Assembly (NCBI GenBank): GCA_030390025.1
Contig: CM059431.1
Location: 127,474,001 to 127,538,000, forward strand
Length of the DNA stretch: 64,000 nt
DNA from: Squalus acanthias
Lineage: Eukaryota
Reading direction: 5' to 3'
Shown here piece after piece: positions 46,791-61,151 of the stretch (within the stretch, counting starts at the first letter, position 1; each line of letters opens with the position of its first letter). The notes under the pieces were generated by a model. That model did not search any database, had not been told where the DNA came from, and was given only the letters and a program-made list of their open reading frames with translations. The position numbers were made by a program, and so were the translations under genes.

Positions 46791-49700
46791 GGAGGCGGAT
46801 CAGCTGCTAAAATCGGAAAAAATGGCTTCAGAGAAACAACCCGCCTCCATCCCGCCCCACGCGATTTTCGTGAGTGTCTGTTCAGCTGCTCCCAAACTGA
46901 CCCGACTCCAACCGGAGGGACAGGTAGTTAAGGCAGTTAAGAGCCTGTTAACTCTCTTGATAATTCTATTTTAACAGAGGTTTCCCATTTTCGTGCCTCT
47001 GGCTCCTGTTTCCCGTCTTGTCAGAAACACGCCAGCTTCAAGGAGGCGAGTTGGTGGAGGACATAATCTGTAGTCATTATTGGTGCAGAACTTTAAAAGC
47101 GCTCCTGTAACATGGCTGGCATTCAAATGCAACAACTTTGTTGCTGGAGGTTTGGGATAAGATTTTGCAAATCTACTGACCTTGTGACTGGTCAAGCTGA
47201 CACACATCTGCTGTTTGAACTGATTGGGAATAATTTCAGGCCACTTTGAGTGTGCGCTTGCAAGCTTCTTGCCTCAACTGAAATCTATAACAACGGGATG
47301 GGAACCGTTTACATCCTCTCATCCTGGTCATCAGATTCGGAGGAAGAGCAGCGCGGCTTAGTGCTGCCGGATGAACAAGTGACTCAGCACACAGCCTCCT
47401 TGGAGGAAGATGAAGAGGACGAGGAAGAGGATGAGGAGGAGGACGTGGAGTGACGCCTTGCGGGGCCGGATGTGGCCAACCCAGCAGCAGGCGACCACAT
47501 TGCTGGTTGTCAGGCAAGGGATGCACTCATCCATGCCAGTTTCACATGAGCTTACACTTCAAACACAGGGGTGGCTGGCAGATGGAGATGAAAATAAGGT
47601 CAAGATTCTTCACACACCATACATCATCTGTCCAATAAATGGTGCTTTATGATCACTGTCACCGCCATCATTATAAATGGAATTAGCCCTGAGCCCTCAC
47701 TGTGCAACTTCCATTTCCCAAAACACATAGACCAGAACCTCAACTGCTTGCCATCACTTTTCTTTAATGACATCACAAAAGGAGGACACTCGATAATTTA
47801 CAGCACAATAACACACCCATGTGACTACCCTTGTGACTATTTATGTGTTAACTTCCTCTTACGCGTGCTTCTACGTGGTGCTTCCCCTGGGGCTTCAGCA
47901 GATGTAGAGGCACCTTGCTCACTTTGACGCTGCGCCTGCCTAGACGCCTTTGGCGGGCGTCCTCTGGGTTTGGGAGCCTGGGAGGGCTCCTCCACAGTCT
48001 GCTCTTCCTGCGGCTGTGCAGGGGCTGAGACGGCCATTTCAGTTTGGTGTGGAATCTGGGGCTCTGACCGAGGGCTCCGCAGTGGCATGGGAGTGTGAGC
48101 GCTTGGAGAGCAGCCCACACTTGCTTGTTGCCTGCCACCAACATCCCTCGCATGGGTCAGCCGCACTTCAATGCTAGCAAGTGGCTGGAGAGCACCTTGC
48201 TGCACGTCAGGAGGACCATGAGTATCGTCTCTGTACTGGCAGTCCTCATAAGAAGGACGTCCATGAAGCTCTAATGTCTCTCCTCAATAGATGCCCAACT
48301 CTCCTCCATTGCAGACAATCTATTTTGAAGAGTAACCATGTTTTCGTTAGTCTGGCGACTTATGACTTCCATGGCAGTTGCCACCCTCTTCATGGCGGAA
48401 TGGTCATGCGACATTGCCTCCACAAAGGCAGTGCTCATGTCAGAGATTGTCTCCTCCATTCTCTTCATACTCGCAGTTACCCTGGATGCAAACCCTGTCA
48501 GAGACTCCTGCACTTGTTCCTGGAGTTCCAGCACCGCTCTCTTTCTGGATGGCCCCAGAGGCACAGCGTCCACATGCAGCTGAGCAGAGCTAGGAGCGCC
48601 CTGCGACCTCTGACGAGGACTCTACACTGCTGTCGCTGATGCTCACTTGTGAACTGTGATACACCAGGTGACAACACTACTCTATCTCGCGAAGGCCCCG
48701 CCAAGGTGTGCATTGCTGCGCTGGTGCTGGGTGCGCTGGTGCTGGTGACGCTGCTCCCTCAGCGGCTGTAGGTTCCTCTGAGGAGTTGTCCAGCTCTTCC
48801 ACCTGGACAGTGGGGAGGGGGACTCTCGATGGTCCTGTGGGAGAGTAAAGGCATGAGTTAGACATCTGATTTTTAGGTAGCAGACACATCCTATTGTGCA
48901 GATGATCAGAAGTCAATCTCTATGAGCATCATATGCCATTGCAGTCAATCATGAATTGTAATTGCGAGGGATGAAAATGCATTCTGTCACCGGCTTCCTC
49001 AACTGCACCCATCTCTCCGCCCCCCACTTCCAGCTCCTCGCCACCTCCCACGATGTCGTGAGCAGCCTCCTCAGCGTTTGTTAGTGTGGCCAGGGATGGT
49101 GTGCTTCCTCCTGTCTTTGATCTCTCCCTCTTATTGTGGAATATCTTTACCTGCATGGAGGGACACAAGTGGAGTTTCAGCGAGAGTGATGGAGTGAGTG
49201 TGAAGAATCCAAAACCTAGAAGCTTAGAGGGAGACGAAGATGGAGTGAGGTGGCAAGAGGAAGCTGCCTCCCTGTGCGTTGTTAGTTGTTGTCATTGCAT
49301 AACAGTGAGAACAAGTTTGAGGGGTGCATAGTAGAATAGTGAAGTGATTCAGTACAGAGAGAGAGATAGAGAGGTAAGGGTGCAAGGGAAGTAAGGGTAA
49401 GGTGGGATTTGGAGGAGCAGGCTGACAATGCAGAGTGCTGGTGATGAGAAGAGTAGGGAAGCAGTTTGAAGGTAAGTGTGATGTGATACTCACTTTTGAT
49501 GTTCGCACAAGATCATTGAAGCGTTTTCTGCACTGTACCCAGGTGCATGTACATAGCGACCTTACGCTTACAACCTCAGCAATCTGCAGCCAGGCTGCCT
49601 TTGTCTGATGAGGAGGCTTCCTCCGGCCATCGGCAGGGAACAGAATCTCCCTGCGTCCTCTTACTCCCTGCACAAGAGCTTGCAGGGACTCCTCAGTGAA

Positions 49701-50004
49701 TTGGGGAGCAGCCTTGGATTTTGCAGCACTCATGGTCACCTTGGCCCATTCAAGAAGCAGCAGTGAAGAGAAATGAGAGGCTGAGGCTACATGGAGGCCT
49801 TAAAAACAAGTGCAGCAATGACCTCATCAGTGCAGACCAACAGACCCGCTCCCAGGCAATTCAGCAGGCAGTGCGCACGATGGAACTAATTGATCCCATT
49901 AAGCAAAAACGGGACACAGGGAGCGGCAGAAACCGGCAGCGGGTCCAAAACCCGCCCACCAGGAAGCCCGCCCTCAACCCGCCTCCATGTGTAAAATCGG
50001 GGCC
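46546..50004. mobile_element. Harbinger copy 3; transposase core deleted, Myb/SANT-like gene at 47837-49733 (-)
   Basis: Termini GGGCTTGATTTTA / TAAAATCGGGGCC; AAPQFTEESLQALVQGV...QCRKRFNDL; transposase stub at 47298-47550. Confidence 0.85.
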
Positions 50005-50489
50005 AGGGTGTTCCTTCACTATAATTCATCCACTATGTGAGGGGCAAAGTTACTTACCTTAGGAGGCGCTGGAAAAGCACAGAAATACACTTGGCCAGAG
50101 TTTGGCTGGAATATTTCACAAATACAGGGCTGATAGGAGTTGAGGTCTATTCATCCGAGCCATTTGAGGTGTAGACTGCAAATGACGTGGAAACTGAAGA
50201 CAAACAGTATGAGGAAATGGAGGCCAGAGCACTGCAAAGAAGAGTGGGCTTTGCCAAACCAGCACAATCCGCTGCAGAAGTCACAAATAGAGTGGCCCAG
50301 GCTAGCCTCTCTCACCTGAGCAGAGTCTGGGGGCAATGTGATTTTAGGTTGAGGACATGTTGGGCTCAGCTCGAGCACAGCAAAGGCATGCAAAGCAGTA
50401 ACAGCAAATGATCTCTAGTGTTTGATCAGCTGAAAAGGTGAGATATAGAAGTCAAAGGGAATTGGAGGACGTGCAGAGCCTGCTCCTCC

Positions 50490-51640
50490 TTTCAATAAGA
50501 TCATGGCTGATCTTCTACCTTAACTCCACCTTCCCGCACTATCCCCATATCCCTTGATTCCCTTAATATCCAAAAATTTGTTGATCTCTGTCTTGAATAT
50601 ACTCAACAACTGAGCCTCCACAGCCCTCTGGAGTAGAGAATTCCAAAGATTCACAACTCTTTGAGTGAAGAAATGTCTCCTCATCTCAGTCCTAAATGGC
50701 CAACCACTTATTCTGAGACTGTGAGCCCTAGTTCTAGACTCCCCAGCCAGGAGAAACATCCTCCCAGCATCTACCCTGTCAAGTCCTGTAAGAATTTTAT
50801 ATGTTTCAATGAGATCACCTCTCATTCTTCTAAATTCTAGGGAATATAGGCCCAGTCTCCTCAATCTCTCCTCATATTAGAACCCCCCCCCCCCATCCCA
50901 GGAATCAGTCTGGTGAACCTTCATTGCACTCCCTCTATGGCAAGTATATCATTCCTTTGGTAAGGAGATCAAAACTATACACAGTATTCTAAGTGTGGCC
51001 GCAACAAGGCCCTATATAATTGCAGTAAGACTTCTTTACTCTTATACTTCCATCCTTTTGTAATAAAGGCTAACATATCATTTGTTTTCCTAATTGCTTG
51101 CTGTACTTGCATGTTAACTTTCAGTGATTCGTGTACAAGGATACCCGGGTCCCTCTGAATAACAATATTTCCCAATCTCTCACCATTCAAAAAATATTCT
51201 GCTTTTCTATTTTTCCTACCAAAGTGGATAACTTCACATTTCTCCACATTATATTCCATCTACCGTGCTCTTGCCCACTCACTTAACCTGTCTATATCCC
51301 TTTGCAGCCTCTTTGCATCCTCCTCACACCTTACTTTCCCACCTAGCTTTGTATCATCAGCAAACTTGGATATATTACACTCGGTCCCCTCACCTGTCAT
51401 TGATGTAAATTGTGAATAGCTGAGGCCCAAACACTGATCCTTGCAGTTTCCCCACTAGTTACTGCCTGCCAACCCAAAAATGACCCGTTTATTCCTACTC
51501 TCTGTTTTTTGTCCATTAATCAATCCTTAATCAATGCTAACATATTACCCCCAATCCCATGAGCCCTAATTTTGAGTAGTAACCTCTTGTGTGGCACCTC
51601 AGAAATTCTTTTTGATAATCCAAATACACCACATCCACTT
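50490..51640 (-). mobile_element. CR1 LINE 3' part, decayed
   Basis: MEYNVEKCEVIHFG, RPHLEYCV, LYSLEFRRMRGDLIE. Confidence 0.88.
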
Positions 51641-52627
51641 AGAGCTTTATAAATTAGGGCCCCTTGTCCTAGAAATGACTTAGAAAAACTCGTACTGAGA
51701 GTGGGATTCAGGAAAAGTAATCCATTTATGAAGCTGGTTTATTTTCAGAGGCAGAAAAATGGAAATAGGTTAGATTTTTCTTTTATCAAATTAAGGGAAT
51801 GTCACTTGAAACGAATAAGATTTAACAGACCTATTGATGCTGCATAACTATGTTGAATCTCCAGATGTATTGTACTCTACTGCAATCATAAAAACTAAAA
51901 AGATATTTGTTCTCAAATAGTTGGATCCAAACCAAGAGATAATAGAGTAAAATAATGCATATTTTTCAAAAACTAATGTACACGTAAAAAAATTAGCATT
52001 TTGAACATTGTAACACTGTCTCTTTTTCCAGACTATAATTAAAATGCAATCAGACAAAAATAAGATAGAAAAAATTATAATGGCCGGAATTTACCGGCTG
52101 CTATGCGTGCGGGATTGGAGGCGGGTCAGGAGTGAAAATTCAAATAAATCGGAGCGGGAACCGGCTATCATCCTGCCTCCTCACGCCTTTTACTCGGGCC
52201 TTTGCCTTGGGACTCGGCAGCGACCCGAACGGCAGAAGTGGCCGACCTAATTTAGATCATTATTAGGTTGTTGTCAGACCCTTAAGCGTCCATTTAACCC
52301 TACCTTTGAAATTTCACTGCATGACCACGGGAATCACGCAGCTCAGGATCCAAGTCTGCAAACCTGAGGCGGAAGTTCAGTGGCCATTGATGGAACTCAT
52401 TACTGCAGAGCATGGAAAGCACAATAAATACTCCCACCTGACACCGGGTTACTTTCCTAAGGCAGATGCTGTTGCTGAGTGCATTGTCAGCACAGATTTA
52501 GCTTTCTAGAGGTTGGAAGTGTTTTCAGCAAATTTGGGAACTGCTGTCACCTCATTGCTATAACCTATCACACCATTGACAGATTACTTCTCTCATCTCT
52601 ACTTGACCTGCCATCTATTACATCAGC

Positions 52628-53540
52628 ATGGGTGCTGTTTATACAGTGTCACCTTGGTCAGAATCGGACCACGATGAGCCCCAACACCAGCAGCACCAGG
52701 CACACCAGCAGCAACAACAACAACACCACCAACCTTCTCCTCACCAACATGATACTGCACAGGACAGAGGGCATCAGCGCAGGGCTGCACCATGCCGGAG
52801 GCGATACCCCCAACACATGGCATACAGGCAGAGGATGAGCTTCCTCAACATGACTGGGCAGCAGTGCCAAAAGAGGCTCAATCTATCGCACCAGGTCATC
52901 GCAGACATTTGCAGCTTGCTGGAGCAAGACCTGCAGCCCAGAGGAGTGGGTAGACATGCCTTACCTGTGGCTGTCAAAGTCACCAGTGCCCTTAACTTCT
53001 TCGCCTCAGGCTCCTTCCAGGGATCTGCAGCAGACTCTTTTGTCCTGCGTCAGTCCACCCTCCATCAGCTCTTCGTACCTCCAAACAGCTGGCTGCTTGG
53101 AGACAAGGGCTATACACTGAAGACGGGGCTCATGACACCCTTGAGGAGACCAAGTACTGAAGCCCGGGAGAGACATAATGAAAAGCCACATTTCCACCAG
53201 ATGTGTCATAGAGCAGACAATAGGCATGCTCAAAATGCACTTCAGATGCCTTGATAGATCTGGAGGAGCCCTTCAGTACACACCAGCCAGGATCTCCAGA
53301 ATCGTCATCATCTGCTGCGCGCTGCACAGCATAACACAGCAACGAGGATTAGTGCTGCATGAGGAGCAAGGCACTGAGCGCACAGCCTCTTCAGAGGAGG
53401 AGGAGAATGAGGAGGAGGAGCACCAGCTGGAAGATGAGGAGGAGGAGCAAGAGGAACCTGCGGTCCAGATCCCACCAGTACCCGAGCACATTGCTGCCTG
53501 GGAGGCCAGGGATGGGCTCATCATGGCCAGATTTACTTAA
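52628..53540 (+). pseudogene. Harbinger transposase with an internal deletion and frameshift
   Basis: GSFQGSAA joined directly to DSFVLRQ; LLGDKGY; VIEQTIGMLK. Confidence 0.85.
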
Positions 53541-53834
53541 CTTCAGACAGTACACCCATATGGCTGCCATGTGTTGCGCCAAGTTCCCCCCATGCCACAG
53601 CAACACCATAAAGCACCCCTACAATGACCAAGCCATTCCTTTCACACTGACCACCATTGCTGGAGTTAACGTTATGTCACACCATTCACTCCAACTCACT
53701 AAGCCACTTCCAAATTTACAGACAAAATTGGCCATAACCCGCAAGTGGTGAAAATAGTTTAATCTGTGATGTAAGAGTAACGGAAGCTTAACACAAACAG
53801 TTATTAAAACAACCAAGTGCTTACCCTTGTGCAT

Positions 53835-55695
53835 CTACTAGTGTTTCATCTTTCTCTTATGCGTGCTTCTACAAGGTTCTACCCCTGTGGCTTCAGCAGA
53901 GGTAGAGGCAGCAGGCTCACTTCCCTACTGCGACTGCATAGACACTTTTGGTGGACGTCCTCTGGGTCTTGGAGATTTTGATGGCCCCCCCCAAAGTCTG
54001 CTCCTCCTGCAACTGTGCAGGGGCAGACTCGGCCGTAGCGATCCCAGGAGGCATCTAGGGCTCTGACTGAGGGGGTGGCAATGGGGGAGAAGTGTGTGTG
54101 ATTTGAGTGAAGCCCCCACTTGCATGTCCCCTCTCACAGTCATCCCTCTCATGGGCCACCTGCACTTCCCTGCTAGCAAGGAGCTGGAGAGCACCTTGCT
54201 GCACAGCAGTGGGGCCATGAGGAACTAAGTCTACATTGACATCGCTTCTAGAGAGGAGGTCTGTGAGCCTCTGTCATCCATTCTCCATTGATAGCATGTG
54301 CTCATATGAGTGGCGCATTAGCTGCTCCATGTAGGTGGCCATCCTTTCCATGGAAGAGCCTACAGTCGCCATCACCTGCGACACGGTGGTGCTCATGTTA
54401 GAGATGGACTCTTCCATTCTCTGCAAATTTGCAGACATCGTGGTCGCAATACCTGTCAAAGCCTCCTGCACTTCTTCCTGCACCTCCAGGGTCGCCTTCT
54501 TTATGGATGGCCCCCGAGACTCAGGGTCTGCATGCAGCTGAGCAGAGCTGGGAGTGTCCTGCGTCCTCCGGCGAGGAGTCTCCACTGCTGTCCCTTTCGC
54601 CAGCATCTGCTCTTGCTCACTTGTGACACACCAGGTGATAACTCTACTCTATCTCGCGTGGAACCAACCAAGGTGTGCGTATCTGCGTTGGTGCTGGGTG
54701 CGCTTATGTCTGCTGACGGTGCACCCTCAGAGGCTGGACGATCCTCTGAGGAGTCATCTTCCACTTCCTCCTGGAGAGTGGTGGGAGGGCTCTTGATGGA
54801 CCTGTGGGAGAGTAAAGAGATGATTTAGAACTGTTGTATCAAGAATGGGTAACGATACCATTATGCACATGATAAACATTCACTGGCTGCTGACATCAGT
54901 CCCCATATGAGTGACTGCTGTATGCCATGTGGTTGTATGAGATGTAATTCTGTCACCAGGTTGCTGAGATGTTCCCCTCTCGCCATCTCCCACCTCCAGC
55001 TGCTCTGCAACTCCTGAGACCTCCAGGGCGACCTCCTCTGCTGCAGTTAATGTGGCAAATGATGGAGGGCCATCTCTGGTTCTCTCCCTATCTTTCTTAT
55101 TGTGGGTTCTCTTCTCCTGCAAGAAGGGAAAGAAGTTTAGAGTGAGAGTGTTGGAATGAATGTAAGGAATGGATGCATTACATCTGTAGAGGGTGACTAT
55201 GAGGAAGTGTCGTGCCAATGCCAAATGGCCTCCTTGTATGGTGTTACTTGGTATGATTACATTAGGATGAGGGTGAGTGCGAGGGGTGGCTAGTCAGATG
55301 GGGATGTGATAATGTAGATTGAGAGAGAGGGATGGGTAGATGTGCAAGGTATGTTGGTGTGAGTAATGATGTGCAGGAGTAAGGTTGGGAAGGCAGTGTG
55401 ATGGAGATGTGATGAGAGGCACAGCAGGATGAAGTTGAGTGTGGCTTTGCACTCACAGATCCTGATCTAATGAGATCACTGAAGCGTTTCCGGCACTGCA
55501 CCCAGGACCTCCTCACAACAACTCTGCCGTTCACCTCCTCTGCTATCTCCAGCCAGGCTCGTTTGGTCTTCTGGGGAGGTCTCCCGCACCCATCAGAAGG
55601 GAAGAGGACCTTCCTGCGTGGTCCCACTCCCTCCACAACCATATGGAGCGAGTCATCTGAGAACCTGGGTGCAGCCTCTGCCTCTGTGCAGTCAT
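53835..55695 (-). pseudogene. Harbinger Myb/SANT-like gene, 3 exons, decayed
   Basis: WLEIAEEV...WVQCRKRFSDL; EKRTHNKKDRERT; LEVQEEVQEAL. Confidence 0.8.
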
Positions 55696-56664
55696 ATTTT
55701 CAAGGCTTAGCAAGACCCAAATGCTCTAATACAGCGCCTGCACACTCCTCGATGGACCTTCAAATGCAATGTGGCCATGGCTCCTTTAAATATCCCGGGA
55801 GGAAATGAGTCATCAATGTCGTCATCAGACCCGCACCATTTAATAGGGCCAGGCAACACGCAGGGCTGCCTTAAAAGGCCCCATTAAGGGAAAGTTGCTC
55901 TGAGGTGTGGCATGGAATGAGGAACGGGGTTGTGACCCGCCACGCTGACCGTCCGCACCCGACCCACCAGGTAAACAAAATTCCAGCCAATAATGGTAAC
56001 ATTTTCAATTTAGTTTAAATTATTGACCAAAGGGGCAAATTTAATCATACCCGCCTGGTGGAAACCAAGTGAGCGGGCAGTTAAAATCATGCATGGGACT
56101 CACCTGCCGACATCCCACTCTAATCCCACAGGCTACTATTTTAACCAGCTCCTCTGAGCAACCGAAAAAGAGACTCCTTTAAATTTGCAGATCGGGCTCT
56201 GATGCTATCATTAGAAGGCAAATGTTATTTTAACCACGAGCCTGGGTGGATAAATAATTGTGGTTATCCTGCTGCTCTTCCTAGTGGGAGAAGAGGGCCA
56301 ATTAGGTACATTTTTTTGAGCTTTTCTTGCTTTTTCTTCTGGGGCCATGAGGAGCATGGGAGAAAAGTGGGACCAAAATTGGAAGTGTACGTTAATGCAC
56401 TATGCACAATCTCTGACCAGTCCATTTCATGTTGCTGGCAGTTGTAGAAGGATTCTGTGCAGTAAGTGCACAATGCTGGTGATAGTGCACAACACTGGTG
56501 AGGAGCTCATGGACTTCGTTGTCACCAACATTGAGACTATCTGTTTGGCTGTCTGCTGGCTCCCCTTGCCCACCAAGGCCAACCTCCTTCCAGGCTCCTC
56601 CCTGGCCTAGCCTTGAACGCTGGTCTTTCTCTAACTTCTCCACCATTTTCCCCTATGCCCCCTC

Positions 56665-56945
56665 CAAGCTCCTCTTTGAATAGTGCCATGGGATCTTTTA
56701 CGTCACCAGAAAGGACAGACAGGGCGCGGAATCTATCCCTCAATCAACATCACTAAAAGCAGATTATCTGGTCATTATCACGTTGCTGTTTGTGGGAGCT
56801 TGCTGTGTGCAAACTGGCTGCTGTGTTTTCTGCATTACAACAGTGACTACATTTCAAAAGTATTTCATTGGCTGTAAAGTGCTTTGGGACGACCTGAGGT
56901 TGTGAAAGGCGGTATATAAATGCAAGTTCTTTCTTTTTTTTCTTA
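56665..56945. mobile_element. Deu-domain SINE fragments (short inverted piece plus a + strand 3' part)
   Basis: gaatagtgccatgggatcttttacgtc (-), then tatccctcaatcaacatcact...tataaatgcaagttctttc (+). Confidence 0.7.
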
Positions 56946-57614
56946 AAACATGTAACCAGACTTTATCTTCAATATATTGTTCCTGCAAATATGATATGTA
57001 ACCAGAGTTCTGTCGTCACTGTGTTGTGCTACTGAAAGTCTGTTTACTTGCTGCTCTCTATTTTCTCTTTTATTTGCCTCTCTCCTCCTGGAGTTCTAAA
57101 ATTTTAGTACATACTTGGATATTTTTCTTTTCTGTTCAGTCAATAAAGCTTACTTTTACAATGCTTTAGAATACCCAGATACACACTTACATGGGCACAC
57201 TGTGCAAAACTATGGAGTTGCAGTGAGTACAGTTATTGTAGTAAATTTACTCTCGTTAATCTGTTCAGCATGCTCATATGAAAGCAGCATCTCTAAACCA
57301 CGCCATTCTTTAAGTTGCCAATCAGAGGTTTCTCAAGACCTATGAAAACCTTTCCATAGTTACTTTGCATCCAGCACATATCTATCGCATCGATGACTTA
57401 AAAAGAAAAACCTCAGATATTGTAAATCTGAAATGAAACCACAGAATACTGCAAATAAAAGAATAAAAAGAATGATGTTTTGGTTGTAATCTTCCCTCAG
57501 AACATTCTTCTGTAGCATCTTCTAGAGGATCTCTCCAGTCCTGGGACATCCCAAAGCTTTGCTGCCAGTGTTTTGCAACACTTACATTGTTGCAGTTGTG
57601 CATAAAATCATTGT

Positions 57615-57950
57615 GATCTTTTGGATGAGCCAAAAAACCGAGGCCCCATCTGCCCTCTCCGGTGGACGTAAAGGATCCCATGGCACTATTTTGGAAAAAA
57701 AAACAAGGGAGTTCTCCCTGGTGTCCTGGTCAACATTTATCCTTTAACCAAAATCACTAGAAAAAAAAAACTGGTTATCTGGTTATTATCTCATTGCTGT
57801 TTGTGGGACCTGCTGTGTGCACTGCTGTGGTTTCCTACAATACAACAGTGACTATAATTCAAAAGTACTTCATTGCCTGTAAAGCATTTGGGATAGCCTG
57901 AGGTTGTGAAAGGCACTATATAAATGCAAGTTATTTCTTTCTTCTTCCTT
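57615..57950 (+). mobile_element. Deu-domain SINE, 3' two-thirds
   Basis: accgaggccccatctgccctctc...gatcccatggcactatttt. Confidence 0.8.
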
Positions 57951-58628
57951 TCTTTGTTGCAGACTTTGCAGTTATGTATGTGTGATTTATTTGAAGAATT
58001 AGCTATTCCTTTACTTTCACCACTTGAAGCTGTTCTGATACAAACTATATTGATATTGATTTCACAATACAAGCTAAAATTTAATTTCCCTTTGATAATT
58101 TTTTCCAGTTTTAAATTAAGTGATTTATTTTTCTTCTTTATGTTTCCTTAGTCCTGATTTTACCCTGGAAAGATATAAAAAAAGAACAACTTAAGTCACA
58201 TTGATTTTACCATTATGATATAAGTTAAGGGCTGATTTATCTGTAATGTATAATTCCAGTAGAATATGCCATATATATATTCATAATTAAAAATAATTGG
58301 ATCTCTGCTCCCCCTATACTGTATAATTGAGTTTTTACTCTACTTATATTGGAATTTGCTAATTGGCATTGTTATCACCCAAATTCCTCATAATACTTAA
58401 AGTGTCATTTATTTCATCTCACAAATTGTCATCAGAATTACTGACAGTCAGGTTATCACCCCAAAATGAGGTATACTTAGAATCCTCAAGAAAACAAAAG
58501 AAAAACAACACTCATAATTAATGTATAATTAGATACTCCAGATATACAGGGAATTTGCTTGAAGAATGAATGTTGCTGGGTATTATCCCAATATTCAAAA
58601 TAAGAGTAGAAATCAATTGGGAAATATT

Positions 58629-59931
58629 GGGCTGGATTTTCCAATAGGAGGCTTCCTGCGTGCGGATGCCTCCGATCGAGAAAAATCTACGCACTTACCT
58701 GCTGACTCCATAGGTCCTGAGGCTTGCGATCCTGAGCCTCTCCACTACGATATGCGCAGAGGCCCAGGTATCCCAGGGGCGCATGCGGTTTAAAGTGCCC
58801 CTGGGATCACGTGGGCCATGGGGAACCAATCAAAGAAGGGAATCTCCCTTCACACTTTTGACAGGTCTGTATGCATAGATCTGTCAAAAGTATTGTAAGA
58901 GTAAAAAAAATTAATTGTAATAATGTAAGGGAAATCAGTTGTAATGTTTAAGATTAGTTGAACTGCTTAAAGGACTATAGTAAAGGTCAAAGTATCTCCC
59001 AAAGGCATGGAGACAGGGGTATAATTAGATAAAGACCAACTTGCTTAGGCTGCAGTATAGATAATGCAGACACTGCAGAACAAAAATGTTAATCATTGTT
59101 TTTCTATAAACTAACCTCGAATAGGTGTAAGAATGAAACCTTGCAGCGCACGCAGATGGCTGAAAAAAAGCAGAAGTAAAACATAAGTTTCGCTGACAGT
59201 GTAAGATTCTGATCAAGTTGTTTTTAGAGACCATAAGGGTCGCTTATGATGTAATGACTGTGCTGAGGTTTGTATTTTCTGGCTTCTGGAAGTGTATAAA
59301 AAAGCATGGCTCTCATTGTTAAATTGAGAAGCGGGTCATGAGACCGCAGGCTGTGACCGTTCTCCCAGAGCGCTCTGAATAATAAACTGTGATCTTTTGC
59401 TTTAAGACAGAATCGAGTGAATTAATTTTTCACCAACAGTATGAATGGGGATCACTTAAAAAAGTTAAACATTAAATAATTTTTTTTTAACTCACGTATT
59501 TAAAATTAGTTCAAATTTACATAAAATTAAATATTTTAAACAAAAATATAATTTTTTGAAAAAGATAATTAAAGTTTTTTTATGGGGCTAAAAATAAAGT
59601 TACCATTTTTAAATTATAAATGAGTGAAAAAAAAAATATTTTTTATTTTTTTAAACTCTTATGCTGGTAAAAGAAGGCCTTACACATGCTTTTACCAGGC
59701 GTAAGATTTCTAAAGGTTGTCAGCAGGTAGAAGTTGTGCAGAAAGCGGAATTCTCTGCCTGCGGAGGACCTTTTACTGGGCAGACGGATGATCTGACAAG
59801 AGAATTCTTGACAGATCGGAAGTGCTGGGTTTTAGCGCATGCACTTCGCATGCTTAAACCCGGCACTTGCGAGGCCCCTACGGGTGCATACACACCTCGT
59901 ACGCACCCGTGGGGGTCAGAAAATCCAGCCC
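58629..59931. mobile_element. Harbinger-type MITE interrupted by a solo LTR
   Basis: TIRs GGGCTGGATTTTC / GAAAATCCAGCCC; shares blocks with 8451-9297. Confidence 0.75.
58894..59438 (+). mobile_element. Solo LTR (545 bp) of an unrelated family
   Basis: TG...CA ends; TSD GTAT at 58890-58893 and 59439-59442; TATAAAA at ~59295; AATAAA at ~59381. Confidence 0.8.
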
Positions 59932-59944
59932 TATAGTTTATTTC

Positions 59945-60915
59945 CTAGGCCCAACCATCTTCAGCTGCTTCATAAATGACCTTCCCTCCAACATAAGGTC
60001 AGAAATGGGGATGTTTGCTGATGACTGCACAGTGTTCAGTGCCATTCACAACTCCTCAGATAATGAAGCAGTCCATGTCAACATGCAACAAGACCTGGAC
60101 GACGTTCAGGCTTGGGCTGATAAGTGGCAGGTAACATTCGCGCCACACAACTGCCAGGCAATGACTATCTCCAACAAGCGAGAGTCTAACCACCACCCCT
60201 TGACATTCAACGGCATTACCATCACCAAATCCCCCACCATCAACATCCTGGGGGTCACCATTGACCAGAAACTTAACTGGACCAGCCACATAAATACTGT
60301 GGCAACAAGAGCAGGTCAGAGGCTAGGTATTCTGCGGCGAGTGTCTCACTTCCTGACTCAGCAAAGCCTTTCCACCATCTACAAGGCACAAGTAAGGAGT
60401 GTGATGGAATACTCTGCACTTGCCTGGATGAGTGCAGCTCCAACACCAAGAAGTTCGACATAATTAAGGACAAAGCAGCCCGCTTGATTGGCACCCCATC
60501 CACCACCTTAAACATTCACTCCCTCCACCACCGGCGTACCGTGGCTACAGTGTGTACCATCTACAAGATGCACTGCAGCAACTCGCCAAGACGTCTTCTG
60601 CAGCACCTCCCAAACCCGCGACCTCTACCACCTAGAAGGACAAGGGCAGCAGGCGCATGGGAACACCACCACCTCCAAGTTCCCCTTCAAGTCACACACC
60701 ATCCTGACTTGGAAGTATATCGCCGTTCCTTCATCGTCACTGGGTCAAAATCCTGGAACTCCCTCCCTAACAGCACTGTGGGAGTACCTTCACCACACAG
60801 ACTGCAGCGGTTCAAGAAGGCGGCTCACCAGCACCTTCTCAAGGGCAACTAGGGATGGGCAATAAATGCTGGCCTTGCCAGCAACGCCCACATCCCATGA
60901 ACAAATAAAAAAAAA
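59945..60915 (+). mobile_element. CR1/L2-group LINE 3' part
   Basis: LGPTIFSCFINDLP, MFADD, YKAQVRSVMEYS; A-rich tail. Confidence 0.88.
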
Positions 60916-61151
60916 TTAACAGCATCAGGTGGTAAAATTAAAGGTGAGGAAAATGCCTGAGGGTATTTTATAAAATGCTATCTGAAGAGTCAGCTGCCTA
61001 TAAAGAGCAGTCAGCATGATACTTACGGCAATAGATTGTGCCTCAGAAATCTACTGGAATTATTTGCTAATTTATTGGGCATAAAGGGAGGTGATTTATT
61101 CTGTTCACTATTGATAGAAAAAACGTAAATTCAAATATAAAGAGTCACATA

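Larger units (their letters stand above)
52082..55988. mobile_element. Harbinger copy 4 (both ends present)
   Basis: TIRs GGCCGGAATTT / AAATTCCAGCC; AAT on both sides; convergent genes. Confidence 0.9.

Noticed and set aside
57365..57450. Exon-like segments (also 51830-51880 and 18350-18415)
   Set aside because: Short, with weak splice signals, readable on either strand, and no recognisable peptide.
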